A stretch of 64,000 nucleotides of DNA, taken from the NCBI GenBank assembly GCA_963664115.2, contig CAXWPJ010000011.1, forward strand, positions 64,001 through 128,000. The letters run 5' to 3'. Position 1 is the first letter of the stretch. Each line of letters starts with the position of its first letter. The notes below the pieces were generated by a model. It made no database searches, was not told where the DNA came from, and saw nothing but the letters and a program-made list of their open reading frames with translations. The translations under genes and the position numbers were made by a program. Below, piece after piece: positions 31,059-42,271 of the stretch. This stretch comes from Terriglobia bacterium. GTDB lineage: Bacteria > Acidobacteriota > Terriglobia > 20CM-2-55-15.

Positions 31059-32141
31059 CTAGCCTTCGATGAGGCTGCGATACACCGACTCGACGAACCG
31101 GTCGGTGGTGCCCGGTTCCCGCCCGTAGAGCGGGTCAAAATCGAGAGTGAGTCCGGCCTCTTTCACCTGCTCCAACGTCATGCCTTTTTCGATCGCGTTA
31201 CGGATGCGATCACGAATCATCGTGACCATGTCGCGGTAGTACGCGACTTCCGTGAGGTCGCTGATGCGTCCGTGCCCGGGAACCACCATCGTTCCACCTT
31301 GCGACCGGAATTCCGGGAAAATGAGATCGATAATACTGTTGATCCCGTCAAGCAGCCCCTGAATGCTGCCTCCCTGCTCAAGGTCGATGACGGGGTATCG
31401 GTCAACTGCAATGATATCCCCCGTGCTGATCACGTCGGAGTATCGGAAATAAACGATGCTATCGCCGTCAGAATGCGCCGCCGGCATGTGGATGACCTGA
31501 ACGCCTTCTCCATTGAAAAACCGATTCACCCGATGTTGTCCCTCAAGGTACGTATGCGTCGGGACTGCACTCGGTGCCGGACGCTCCGGGGCATCGATCA
31601 TCCGCAGCACGACATTGTCGTGGGCGATGACCTGTTCGCCACCGCCGAGCGGACGGAAAAAGTCACTTTCCACGATCGCGCTGTTCCCTCCCATGTGATC
31701 TTCATCCAGGTGGGTATTGATGATGTAGCGAATGGGCCGGGTCGGGCCGGAGGGATCGAGCTGGCGGGAAAGCTCCCGAACCCTGGCGAGCACTCTGTCC
31801 GACATTTCCGCCACGCCCGTGTCCACCATCAAAACGCCGTCTTTGCCAACGGATAGAGTGATATTCCCGCCGGCGCCGACCAATATGTACACATTCCCCT
31901 GGACGGGCCAAACATAGAATTGGTCGTCGTCGCTCTGAGGTTCCAGGGCATAAGCGGGGTTCCAGAAACAGAGGACCAGAGGCACAGCCATCAGCCATGT
32001 GACCCGGGCGAGCCAGACGCGGTTTGTACGGTTGTGGGGTTGTCGTCTCACTGTTCGCTCCGCTCTCTTTTCTCCCGAGGATTTAACTGGGCATTCGGGC
32101 CCGTTGAATGAATCAACCGATGAATTTCGAACTCCGGCCAT
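31059..32141 (-). CDS. secreted MBL-fold metallo-hydrolase with HxDxDH motif
   Basis: INTHLDEDHMGGN, HSDGD, TGD, VPGHG; start overlaps the upstream stop (TGATG); true start uncertain. Confidence 0.85.
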   Translation of the reverse strand: MAGVRNSSVDSFNGPECPVKSSGEKRAERTVRRQPHNRTNRVWLARVTWLMAVPLVLCFWNPAYALEPQSDDDQFYVWPVQGNVYILVGAGGNITLSVGKDGVLMVDTGVAEMSDRVLARVRELSRQLDPSGPTRPIRYIINTHLDEDHMGGNSAIVESDFFRPLGGGEQVIAHDNVVLRMIDAPERPAPSAVPTHTYLEGQHRVNRFFNGEGVQVIHMPAAHSDGDSIVYFRYSDVISTGDIIAVDRYPVIDLEQGGSIQGLLDGINSIIDLIFPEFRSQGGTMVVPGHGRISDLTEVAYYRDMVTMIRDRIRNAIEKGMTLEQVKEAGLTLDFDPLYGREPGTTDRFVESVYRSLIEG

Positions 32142-33016
32142 CAGTATTCAAATCCTTCCGGCCACAACTCCTTCAACCGCTCGCGATACTCGGGATATAG
32201 GGTTTGGGCGCCCCCACGCAGGAGCTCAGGGGGCACTCCGATTTTCTCTCCATACTCGTCCAGATAGGGATGCTCCCCTGGCATGAAATGCGGTACGAAG
32301 CCTTTCTCCCGCACTTCCTCGACAACAACCGGGCAGGGATAAGCGGGAAGCTGCTGCTGTGGCAGCCGAACATACGACATGTTTCGAATCAGGGGTTCGT
32401 CCAGATAAGGAGGGTCATCGATGACGACGGTCCATGTCAGGTAGTCTCCATGAACGAACAGGAACTCCGTCATCGTCGCCAGGGAACTGCGTGAGATGCC
32501 ATTACGCCGGAGGTAGTCTTCCTTCATGTGCGTGGTATGGACTACCAACATGTTCCCCTCCCAATGCGCTGTGGAAAAGCCTTCCCAGGCAAGCGGAGCA
32601 TGTTCGGGAGGATGCGGTCGATCATCCATATACATAAGTCGGTCTCGTGCAGACCGCAGCCAGTGCATCCGCCAGGCGATGAACTCCTGAGTGACGGGAT
32701 CGACTTCTTTCCAGACGCGCAGTTCCGACGCGCCGAACGGCATGAAATCGACACCATGCGGACGGCACTGCCATTCGGGCAGCGAGAACACCGATGCGTC
32801 GTAGGTCTCGCCTCTCATGCGGGCGGCCTCGTTGATCGGCAGACCGGTGTAGTCGCCGTACACGGCGCCCCCGCGACGATCCACTTCGATATCTTCGTGA
32901 CCCAGGTCGAGCCACTCTCCGGCAAAATCACTTTGAGCCGAGGCCGGAAGGCCAACCAGAGTGAACACCAGGAATGTTGCTCCCACGATTATTTGAGCGC
33001 GTTTGAAGCTGTCCAT
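32141..33016 (-). CDS. secreted two-Cys family protein (paralog 7)
   Basis: DFAGEW, CRPHG, RLMYMDDRPHP, WEGFSTAHWEGNMLVVHTT, DDPPYL, YPC. Confidence 0.82.
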   Translation of the reverse strand: MDSFKRAQIIVGATFLVFTLVGLPASAQSDFAGEWLDLGHEDIEVDRRGGAVYGDYTGLPINEAARMRGETYDASVFSLPEWQCRPHGVDFMPFGASELRVWKEVDPVTQEFIAWRMHWLRSARDRLMYMDDRPHPPEHAPLAWEGFSTAHWEGNMLVVHTTHMKEDYLRRNGISRSSLATMTEFLFVHGDYLTWTVVIDDPPYLDEPLIRNMSYVRLPQQQLPAYPCPVVVEEVREKGFVPHFMPGEHPYLDEYGEKIGVPPELLRGGAQTLYPEYRERLKELWPEGFEY

Positions 33017-33434
33017 AGTCCTCCCTCAATGGATCGATCCAGCAGAAGACCCTACATTAACCGATCGGGGGATACCTCGCTATCCATTTCTCAATCGGCT
33101 GCAGCGAGGGCTTGAAAATAGCGGTAAGCATATACACGTCATTGCCCCAGCGCCAAGACGAAGCTCTACTTTCAGTGCCATTATTCCTGGGCCATTTTGG
33201 GTGCTGAATGAGCAGTATATGGTCGAGAAAGTTGAGACCTGGAACACGCTGAGCTCGGCGACATGTTGATCGACGTCACGCATGCGAACTGCCGGAATTT
33301 TCGCGGAATCAAATTGTCCACCAGGATTGTTCGGATTCAGGGCGGATTTCCTGCCCTTGATCTAATCATCACCGACGCAAAGGCCAACGTGGCCTTGAGA
33401 ATTGAGCCTGTAGAGCGACGCGGCTGCGGCGGGC

Positions 33435-33477
33435 GATTCGAAGTTCGGCGCTCTATCCAGCTGAGCTATAGGCGCGT
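33435..33477 (-). repeat. 5'-half fragment of tRNA-Arg(UCG), att-like direct repeat
   Basis: GATTCGAAGTTCGGCGCTCTATCCAGCTGAGCTATAGGCGCGT matches 3253-3295 at 40/43; no T-arm or 3' acceptor strand follows. Confidence 0.85.
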
Positions 33478-33611
33478 AACACCGAATCGTTCTACAACAC
33501 GGCTGCCGACCCGATGACGGCTTCTCTCTGTGGGGCTGTAATGCCGCCTACCGGGCTCGCCAATTAGGATGTGCTACCTTATACGATTCTCTTTTACGGT
33601 GAGGTGAATTC

Positions 33612-34523
33612 ATGCGCAATGTTGTCATTATTGGCTCGGGACCTGCGGGTCTGACGGCTGCCATTTACGCGGCCCGTGCCGACCTCGAGCCGATTCTCAT
33701 CGAGGGCTCTGAGCCGGGCGGGCAACTGACGCTGACGACGATGGTCGACAACTTCCCTGGATTTCTGGATGGTGTCATGGGACCTCAGTTAATGGAGGAC
33801 ATGAAGAAGCAGGCGAACCGGTTCGGCGCTGAAATCCTTACAGGCTATGTGGATCGTGTCGAGTTGGGTGAAAATCCCTTCCGGGTTTTCGTGGACAAAC
33901 AGGAATTCGAGGCTAAGACCGTCATTATATCGACCGGCTCTTCGGCGAAATTAATCGGTTTGGATAACGAGCGTCGACTCATGGGACACGGGGTATCCAC
34001 CTGCGCGACCTGCGACGGATTCTTTTTTCGTGACAAGAAAATAGCGGTTGTAGGCGGCGGAGATTCGGCAATGGAGGAGTCCACCTTCCTTACCAAATTC
34101 GCATCAGATGTTGCTCTCATTCACCGCCGGGACGAGTTCCGCGCCTCAAAGATTATGCAGGATCGTGCTTTGGCCAACGATAAGATTCGCGTTCTCTACA
34201 GCAGTGTTGTGGAAGATGTCCTGGGAGACGATGCCGTGACCGGGATCCGTGTTCGGAACCTGAAACATGATGCCACCTCGGAGATCGACCTGGATGGTGT
34301 CTTTGTCGCGATCGGACACAATCCCAACACTGGAATATTTCGAGGTCAGATGGATCTGGACGACAATGGCTATGTCGTGACGAGACCGGGTTCCACCCAG
34401 ACGAGTGTTCCTGGCGTGTTCGCTTGTGGTGACGTTCAGGACCCGGTGTTCAAACAAGCCATAACAGCGGCCGGCTCAGGTTGTATGGCTGCGCTTGAAG
34501 CCGAGAAGTATATCGAGGGTTGA
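33612..34523 (+). CDS. trxB: thioredoxin-disulfide reductase
   Basis: IIGSGPAG, CATCDG, VGGGDSA, ACGDV.D..FKQAITAAG. Confidence 0.96.
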   Translation: MRNVVIIGSGPAGLTAAIYAARADLEPILIEGSEPGGQLTLTTMVDNFPGFLDGVMGPQLMEDMKKQANRFGAEILTGYVDRVELGENPFRVFVDKQEFEAKTVIISTGSSAKLIGLDNERRLMGHGVSTCATCDGFFFRDKKIAVVGGGDSAMEESTFLTKFASDVALIHRRDEFRASKIMQDRALANDKIRVLYSSVVEDVLGDDAVTGIRVRNLKHDATSEIDLDGVFVAIGHNPNTGIFRGQMDLDDNGYVVTRPGSTQTSVPGVFACGDVQDPVFKQAITAAGSGCMAALEAEKYIEG

Positions 34524-34942
34524 GCGGTCTCGTTTTTACGGGCATGGAAGAAACGGAACACATTTTTACGCGTGGTGAAGCCGATACGGCGCTGACCCAA
34601 TTGCGGCCCCTGATGGAAGATCTGCGCGACGAGTGGGGTCGTCTCAAGTTGCTGAACCCGGAAATTCAAAAGATTCGTGAAAAGGCTTCGCTCGATGCGT
34701 ATAGCCCTTACGGAGTCGAATATGTGGAGTCGGCTTCTCATCTGATGCTTTTGATGGGGCAGGTGCGCGACATGGGTGTGCTCGTAAAGGATCTCGATAA
34801 GGGCTTGTGTGACTTCCCGTGTCTCAGAGAGGATCGCGTCGTTTATCTTTGCTGGCATCTCGGTGAAGATTCGATCGGATACTGGCATGACAGGGAAACG
34901 GGATTTGCGAGCCGGGAACAGCTGGAAGAAAGGGATCTGTGA
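34520..34942 (+). CDS. DUF2203 family protein
   Basis: FT..EA...L, GVLVKDLDKGLCDFP, YLCW..GE..I.YWH....GFA.R. Confidence 0.85.
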   Translation: MSGLVFTGMEETEHIFTRGEADTALTQLRPLMEDLRDEWGRLKLLNPEIQKIREKASLDAYSPYGVEYVESASHLMLLMGQVRDMGVLVKDLDKGLCDFPCLREDRVVYLCWHLGEDSIGYWHDRETGFASREQLEERDL

Positions 34943-34952
34943 GGGCATTGCG

Positions 34953-35336
34953 TTGACGACACCCCCTGACAAGATATTCATATCCGATATCGACTGTGTC
35001 GCCGCGATCGGTGTGACCCCCGAAGAGCGCACAATAAAGCAGCGCTTGTCAGTCGACGTGGAATTGGCGACCGACTTTCGCAACGCGGCTCGAAGCGATT
35101 CACTCAAGGACGCGCTCGACTACGCCGAGGTTGTGAGACTCGTCGTGGAACTTGCAGGCAGCCGTGACTTTCATCTCATCGAAACGTTTGCGGAACTCAT
35201 TGCCGGCCGGGTGCTCTCGGACCTGAGTGGCGATAATATCCGGGTTGTGGTCCGAAAGCTGACCCCTGTTCTTTCCAGCCGAGTCCGATTCGTATCAGTG
35301 GAAATCGTCAGGGCGCGTGGAGCAGATGCCGTTTGA
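34953..35336 (+). CDS. folB: dihydroneopterin aldolase
   Basis: DKIFI, IGV..EER...Q, SD.L..ALDY, LIE..AE; start approximate. Confidence 0.9.
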   Translation: MTTPPDKIFISDIDCVAAIGVTPEERTIKQRLSVDVELATDFRNAARSDSLKDALDYAEVVRLVVELAGSRDFHLIETFAELIAGRVLSDLSGDNIRVVVRKLTPVLSSRVRFVSVEIVRARGADAV

Positions 35337-35594
35337 GATGCCAAACGACTTTGAAAAAAGGACTTCCCCGTCAGATTTGTGTTGAAGAAGTCGAAAAATC
35401 TGCGTTATTCTACCGGCGCTTCGTGTTAGCTTGGAAAAGTGGATCTGCTTGGATGTATGTGGTTCGAAAAGCTTGCACTTATATTCACTGGGGCCTCCGT
35501 TTTCCGACGGCCCCAAACTAGAGGAGATGTCTTCCCGGTAGGCTAAGTTAGGCCACAGGTAACGGGCAAGGCGAATTCGTTTTTAGGAGGCACA

Positions 35595-37727
35595 TTGGCT
35601 ACCTCACTGCAGCAGACGACTCCGGTCGCGCCTACTAATGGCGGGACGGCTAAGATTCCGCTCCGCATGCGAACGATGAAGGCTTTCGATGCGGCCTTAT
35701 GTTATTCCGCTGGCGTCGCCTTTGACGCGATCTACGCCGTCAGCAAGTATGACCCCAAGGCGGCCTTCACGCCGAAGTGGTCTGAGAAACCCTTGCAGAA
35801 GTCCTGGGAGAAGACCAAGCCCACCTTGGGATGGCCCCGCCAGACCGATTCACTCTGTCCCCAGTGTGTTCGGGAGGCGCGCGAAGCCATTGTGAGTGGA
35901 CGGAAGGACTGGACGACGCTGCTTCACGAGAAAGTCGGCGAAGTGAAAGCCGATATTGTGGAGCGCGACGGACAGGTTTGGATGGTCAAGGAATGCCCGC
36001 AGCACGGCAAGATCGAAGACATGATGGCGGTCGATGTCCGGTTCCTGGAATGGATTGAGAAGAACTTTCCGGGGCGCGATATTCCTTCGCACAACGACAA
36101 GGATCTGCACAATCACGGCAGCAGCACGATTAAGCACGGTCGCGGAAGCGTTCTCACGGTCGATCTGACGAACCGTTGCAACATGATGTGTGACCCCTGC
36201 TTCATGGATGCAAACCAAGTCGGTTATGTCCACGAACTCACCTGGCCCGATATCGAAGAGATCATGGACAATTCCATGAAGATCAAGCCGCGCCGCCAGA
36301 TGTCGATTCAGTTTTCCGGCGGTGAACCGACAATGTCTCCGTTCTTTCTGGATGCTGTTCGATACGCTAGAAAGCTTGGGTTTTCCAGCACCCAGGCAGC
36401 CAGCAATGGTATCGAGTTCGCCAAGAGCAAAGAATTCTGCCGGGCAGCTGCGGAAGCGGGCCTCCGATATGTGTACCTGCAGTTCGACGGGATCGGCAAC
36501 GATGCGAACAGTCACCGGCAGGTCGGCAACTTGTTTGACGTGAAGTTGAGGGCGATCAATAACCTGCATGAAGCGGGCATGGAAATCATTCTGGTGGTCA
36601 CGCTGGTCAACGGAGTCAACAACGATCAGGTGGGCTCCATCCTTCGTTTCGCGATGGACAATCCCAAGAAGATTGCCTTCATTTCTTTCCAGCCTGTTTC
36701 TTTCACCGGGCGGGACGAAGAAATAACTCCGGAACGCAGGCTCCGCCAGCGCTATACGCTTTCGCACCTTGCCCACGACGTCAAACAGCAGGTGGGCATC
36801 ACCGAACCCACCCGGGATTGGTTCCCGCTTTCTCTGATGGGCTCTTTCGCTGATTTTGCAGATCTGGCCCACGGTGCGGAACGGGAATGGGGACAGGTCA
36901 GTTGCGGCTGTCATCCCAATTGCGGCGTGGGTACGGCCTTGATGATTAACAAGGAAACCAAGGAAATGGCACCGGTGCCGCAGTTCCTGAACATACCCGG
37001 GTTGGTGAGCGACATGCAGAAAGTCACGGATGCGGGTCGCGGGAAATGGGCCTCGAATGCAATGATGGGCCTTGCGCTCCTAAAGCACTACAACCCCTAC
37101 CGGGCGCCCGCCAGCCTGACTTTGGCTGACCTCTTCAAGAAGTTCGACAAGTCGTTTGGATTGACCGGCAAGGATTACGGAAAGATCGTGGGCAAGGACA
37201 GGCTCTCGGATGTCGAGAAGCGGCGTTCCGATCCCTGGAATTTCCTGTTTGTCGCCGGGATGTGGTTCCAGGACCTGTTCAACTATGATTTCCGGCGCAC
37301 CGAGATGTGCATCATTCCGTATGCGACACAGATGGGAGAAATTTCCTTCTGTGCCTATAACACGGGGGTCGGTTGGAGGAACATCATCGAGAACATGTAC
37401 AAAACGCACACCGTAGCCGAGTGGTATAAGGAAAACGGCAAGCACAGCGTCTATGCCGGAGGCAAGGAGGTGGAGTTGGAATCCATAGAACACGGCCTTG
37501 TCATCCAGGCGGAAGACGCTGACCGGGTGCGTGACCGTGGAGCACTCCCGTTGACGGCTGCAGACGAAGAGAAACAACAGCGGAAGGCAGAGCGGGAAGC
37601 GGCCAAGACCCGCGAAATCTACGAAGAAATGGTTCTCGGGAAGAAACCCAGCAAGCTCGATTTGATCAAGATTGAGGTGCTGAATCGAAAAGAAGAACAG
37701 GAAGCGGCAATGTCCGCAACTAAGTAA
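35595..37727 (+). CDS. radical SAM protein homologous to tetraether lipid synthase (Tes/GDGT-MAS)
   Basis: T.SLCPQC...KECPQHG N-terminal metal site, DLTNRCNMMCDPCF, FSGGEPT, YLQFDG, FQPVSFTGR, CGCHPNC, C.I.Y....ISFCAYN. Confidence 0.75.
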   Translation: MATSLQQTTPVAPTNGGTAKIPLRMRTMKAFDAALCYSAGVAFDAIYAVSKYDPKAAFTPKWSEKPLQKSWEKTKPTLGWPRQTDSLCPQCVREAREAIVSGRKDWTTLLHEKVGEVKADIVERDGQVWMVKECPQHGKIEDMMAVDVRFLEWIEKNFPGRDIPSHNDKDLHNHGSSTIKHGRGSVLTVDLTNRCNMMCDPCFMDANQVGYVHELTWPDIEEIMDNSMKIKPRRQMSIQFSGGEPTMSPFFLDAVRYARKLGFSSTQAASNGIEFAKSKEFCRAAAEAGLRYVYLQFDGIGNDANSHRQVGNLFDVKLRAINNLHEAGMEIILVVTLVNGVNNDQVGSILRFAMDNPKKIAFISFQPVSFTGRDEEITPERRLRQRYTLSHLAHDVKQQVGITEPTRDWFPLSLMGSFADFADLAHGAEREWGQVSCGCHPNCGVGTALMINKETKEMAPVPQFLNIPGLVSDMQKVTDAGRGKWASNAMMGLALLKHYNPYRAPASLTLADLFKKFDKSFGLTGKDYGKIVGKDRLSDVEKRRSDPWNFLFVAGMWFQDLFNYDFRRTEMCIIPYATQMGEISFCAYNTGVGWRNIIENMYKTHTVAEWYKENGKHSVYAGGKEVELESIEHGLVIQAEDADRVRDRGALPLTAADEEKQQRKAEREAAKTREIYEEMVLGKKPSKLDLIKIEVLNRKEEQEAAMSATK

Positions 37728-37746
37728 GCAAGCAGATTCTGCGAGA

Positions 37747-37778
37747 AGAAAAGGCGGCCCGTTCGGGCCGCCTTTTCT
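37747..37778. terminator. bidirectional intrinsic terminator
   Basis: AGAAAAGGCGGCCC-GTTC-GGGCCGCCTTTTCT. Confidence 0.9.
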
Positions 37779-37974
37779 ATTGTTCCGTAGCAGACCTCGG
37801 CAGAAATTCGGTGCTTAACAGTTTCGTCCTGCTCCGGTCGTCTTCTTTCACTGACCACTGACGCCTCGGCTGCTGCGTCTTTGCTCTGAATGCGGTCCAC
37901 CCGCACCGTCGGACCGGTGGGGGTTGTTTCTAAGAACTGCTTCAACATTCCGTAATTCACAATTAGCTTCTCCA

Positions 37975-38034
37975 TCAGGATGATGGAGAGGGTCGCCGGT
38001 CGTTCAGGATGATGGAGAGGGTCGCCGGTCGTTC
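37975..38034. repeat. 29-bp tandem duplication, intergenic
   Basis: TCAGGATGATGGAGAGGGTCGCCGGTCGT twice, no spacer. Confidence 0.9.
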
Positions 38035-38121
38035 GGCCCAACGCGCTTGACGCGACAGAGACGGTCGGCCGATTGAATGACCGAGCGAAATCTTAGAGTC
38101 GCAATCTGCTGCTCCGGAACA

Positions 38122-38613
38122 CTAGATCCCCAGGACTTTCCGTCCCTCTTCAGAAATCCTCTCTGCAGTCCACTGGGGTTCCCATACCACCTGGATCTTC
38201 GGATCCGGGAAACCCGCTTCCTGGAGTTTTGTCTGGATGTCGAGGCTGATCGTTTCGCTCGATGGGCAACCGGGAGCGGTTAACGACATCTTGATTTTGA
38301 GTTTGTCGTTTTCCAGATCGACATCATAAATCAAACCCAGATCGACTATGTTCAGCGGTATTTCCGGGTCGTAGCACTCTTTGAGTACTTCCATCACGAG
38401 GTCCTCTGGGCTCAGCCCAATGAGCTCGGGATCTCTGAGTTTGCTGACGGGATTTTCGTGTTCAGGCTTCTCGGGTGGAAGCGGTGGCCGGTAAGTCAAA
38501 TCGACATCGGGCTCCCCCTCTGCTGGTATCGTTACCTGTGCCTGCTTCCGGTTTGCGTATATGAGTCCAACTATGAGCAGAATCGGTACCGTAAACAGCA
38601 GGTAAAAAAGCAA
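38122..38613 (-). CDS. DUF59/SufT-like Fe-S assembly protein with N-terminal membrane anchor
   Basis: YDPEIPLNIVDLGLIY, MSLTAPGCP, VWEPQW; hydrophobic N-terminus. Confidence 0.85.
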   Translation of the reverse strand: MLFYLLFTVPILLIVGLIYANRKQAQVTIPAEGEPDVDLTYRPPLPPEKPEHENPVSKLRDPELIGLSPEDLVMEVLKECYDPEIPLNIVDLGLIYDVDLENDKLKIKMSLTAPGCPSSETISLDIQTKLQEAGFPDPKIQVVWEPQWTAERISEEGRKVLGI

Positions 38614-38820
38614 TTCATTCTCCTTATGACCTATGGATCAGCCAGGATCTCGACCGAGAGAGTCCACTGTTACAGAATTTGAGGGATGTTGTCAACGCCG
38701 CCCGGCTCGGGAGTGACCCGACCCTTGCTGGTTGTCAGGAAGGGACTTTGGGGCGTGCCGATTTCTGCTGATCGGGACACGAATTGCCGTGTGGGGTATC
38801 ACGCGGGGCCCCGAGAAGTT

Positions 38821-38829
38821 TGCTATAAT
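38821..38829 (+). promoter_or_regulatory. extended -10 promoter element
   Basis: TGCTATAAT upstream of yjbQ. Confidence 0.5.
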
Positions 38830-38911
38830 AATGCGTTGCGCCAACCAGGGATTAAGCGATGCACGCTCGATCGTGTGTCACGAAGACCTTAAGACAAGGG
38901 GTTAAAGACAT

Positions 38912-39415
38912 ATGGCTTCCGTCTCCGCGAAAGCGCTCAGCCAGCCCACAATCGAAGTTGCTTCAGGGCCATATACCGTCGCCAGTACCACGATCAAGTT
39001 CGACACCGAGGATAGGATAGAACTGTTCAACCTGACCCAGCAGATGCGAGACTTCGTCGGCGCATCCGGTGTTCAAGTCGGCCAACTGACTATTGCTTCG
39101 ATGCATACCACTTGCGCCATCTTTGTTAACGAGTGGCAGGACGCTTTGCTGTTCGATATTGAAACGGAGCTTGAAAACTTGATCAGCCGGGGAGCGTATT
39201 ACAGGCACAACGATCCAGAATGGTCGGACTGTGACCGCAACAACGCGGATTCGCATCTGCGGACGCTAATGTTGGGTACCCACGTGACGCTGCCGGTGGA
39301 CGATGGCGACCTCGTGCTGGGAGTATGGCAAAGCGTGATGATGGCGGAACTCGACGGCCCCCGTGAGAGAATCATCCGACTACAGGTGATGGGTACTCGA
39401 TCCGGAGCGGAGTAG
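38912..39415 (+). CDS. yjbQ: YjbQ/UPF0047 family protein (secondary thiamine-phosphate synthase)
   Basis: HTTCAIFVNE, Y.H, NADSHLR, LGVWQ, ELDGPR.R. Confidence 0.88.
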   Translation: MASVSAKALSQPTIEVASGPYTVASTTIKFDTEDRIELFNLTQQMRDFVGASGVQVGQLTIASMHTTCAIFVNEWQDALLFDIETELENLISRGAYYRHNDPEWSDCDRNNADSHLRTLMLGTHVTLPVDDGDLVLGVWQSVMMAELDGPRERIIRLQVMGTRSGAE

Positions 39416-39471
39416 GCTGCTCCTGCGAAAGCGACCGCGGCTTCGGCAGAAAATTTAAGAGGAGAATCATA

Positions 39472-39819
39472 ATGGCAGTAACTGAGTCGACAGCTATTAC
39501 CTTGACGACGAGTGCGGCGGAGAAGGTGAAAGAGATTCTAGCCGGCCAGGATGAGGATTACGCCGGGTTGCGAATCCAGGTCGTCGGTGGCGGATGTTCG
39601 GGTTATTCCTACCGCATGGGTTTTGACAAAACCTGGAACGAGGATACGGATCAGGTACTGGAGTTCGACGGCCTGAAGGTATTTATCGATCGCGCCAGCA
39701 TGCTCCAGGTTGCCGGTGCGGAAATCGACTACGTCGATGGTCTCCAGGGTGCCGGTTTCAAATTCAACAACCCGAACGCCACAGGTACTTGCGGTTGTGG
39801 CGAATCATTCAGCACATAA
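39472..39819 (+). CDS. A-type Fe-S carrier (IscA/ErpA/HesB family)
   Basis: GGGCSG.SY, F.F.NPNA..TCGCGESF. Confidence 0.93.
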   Translation: MAVTESTAITLTTSAAEKVKEILAGQDEDYAGLRIQVVGGGCSGYSYRMGFDKTWNEDTDQVLEFDGLKVFIDRASMLQVAGAEIDYVDGLQGAGFKFNNPNATGTCGCGESFST

Positions 39820-39967
39820 GCCCTCTTGACCGTGGCTGTTGAACGGTAATTTCGATTGGCTTCATCGTCCGGATTGCGATGGGGCCTTTCTTGTTTGTTG
39901 GGTCACGCGAAGAGCATTCTTGTGTTTGTGGCCGATTCAGGCAATCATCGGTAAGCGTATCTCACCA

Positions 39968-42040
<2,073 letters not shown>

Positions 42041-42049
42041 GAGGAATTA

Positions 42050-42224
42050 ACCGCAGAGGCGCAAAGACGCAAAGGAAGAATAAACAGGACTGAGTTATCT
42101 GCGTCTAGCTCGACCGGCAGTAGTTGGGTTAACAACATGGTTGTTAGAAACCCTCAGAAGTTGCTTCGCTGATTCTTATACAGACTATCTCTTCCTGATT
42201 TTAGCGTCTTTGCGCCTTTGCGGT
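42050..42224. repeat. inverted-repeat-bounded 175-bp element
   Basis: ACCGCAGAGGCGCAAAGACGC (42050-42070) vs GCGTCTTTGCGCCTTTGCGGT (42204-42224), 20/21 complementary; AT-richer interior. Confidence 0.8.
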
Positions 42225-42271
42225 GAAAATTCCCAACCACAGGACGGGGAGGGTGTTCCAGTGCGGGCAGG

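Larger units (their letters stand above)
3296..33434. mobile_element. putative ~30-kb genomic island between tRNA-Arg and a copy of its 5' half
   Basis: Direct repeat 3253-3295 vs 33435-33477 (40/43 identical); accessory genes inside, housekeeping genes resume at 33612; no integrase inside. Confidence 0.6.

Noticed and set aside
33263-33434. CRNFRGIK resembling the N-terminus of an SMC/OLD-type ATPase near the island edge
   Set aside because: Too short, and no Walker A motif follows
37975-38034. 29-bp repeat as a CRISPR array
   Set aside because: Only two abutting copies, no spacer and no cas genes
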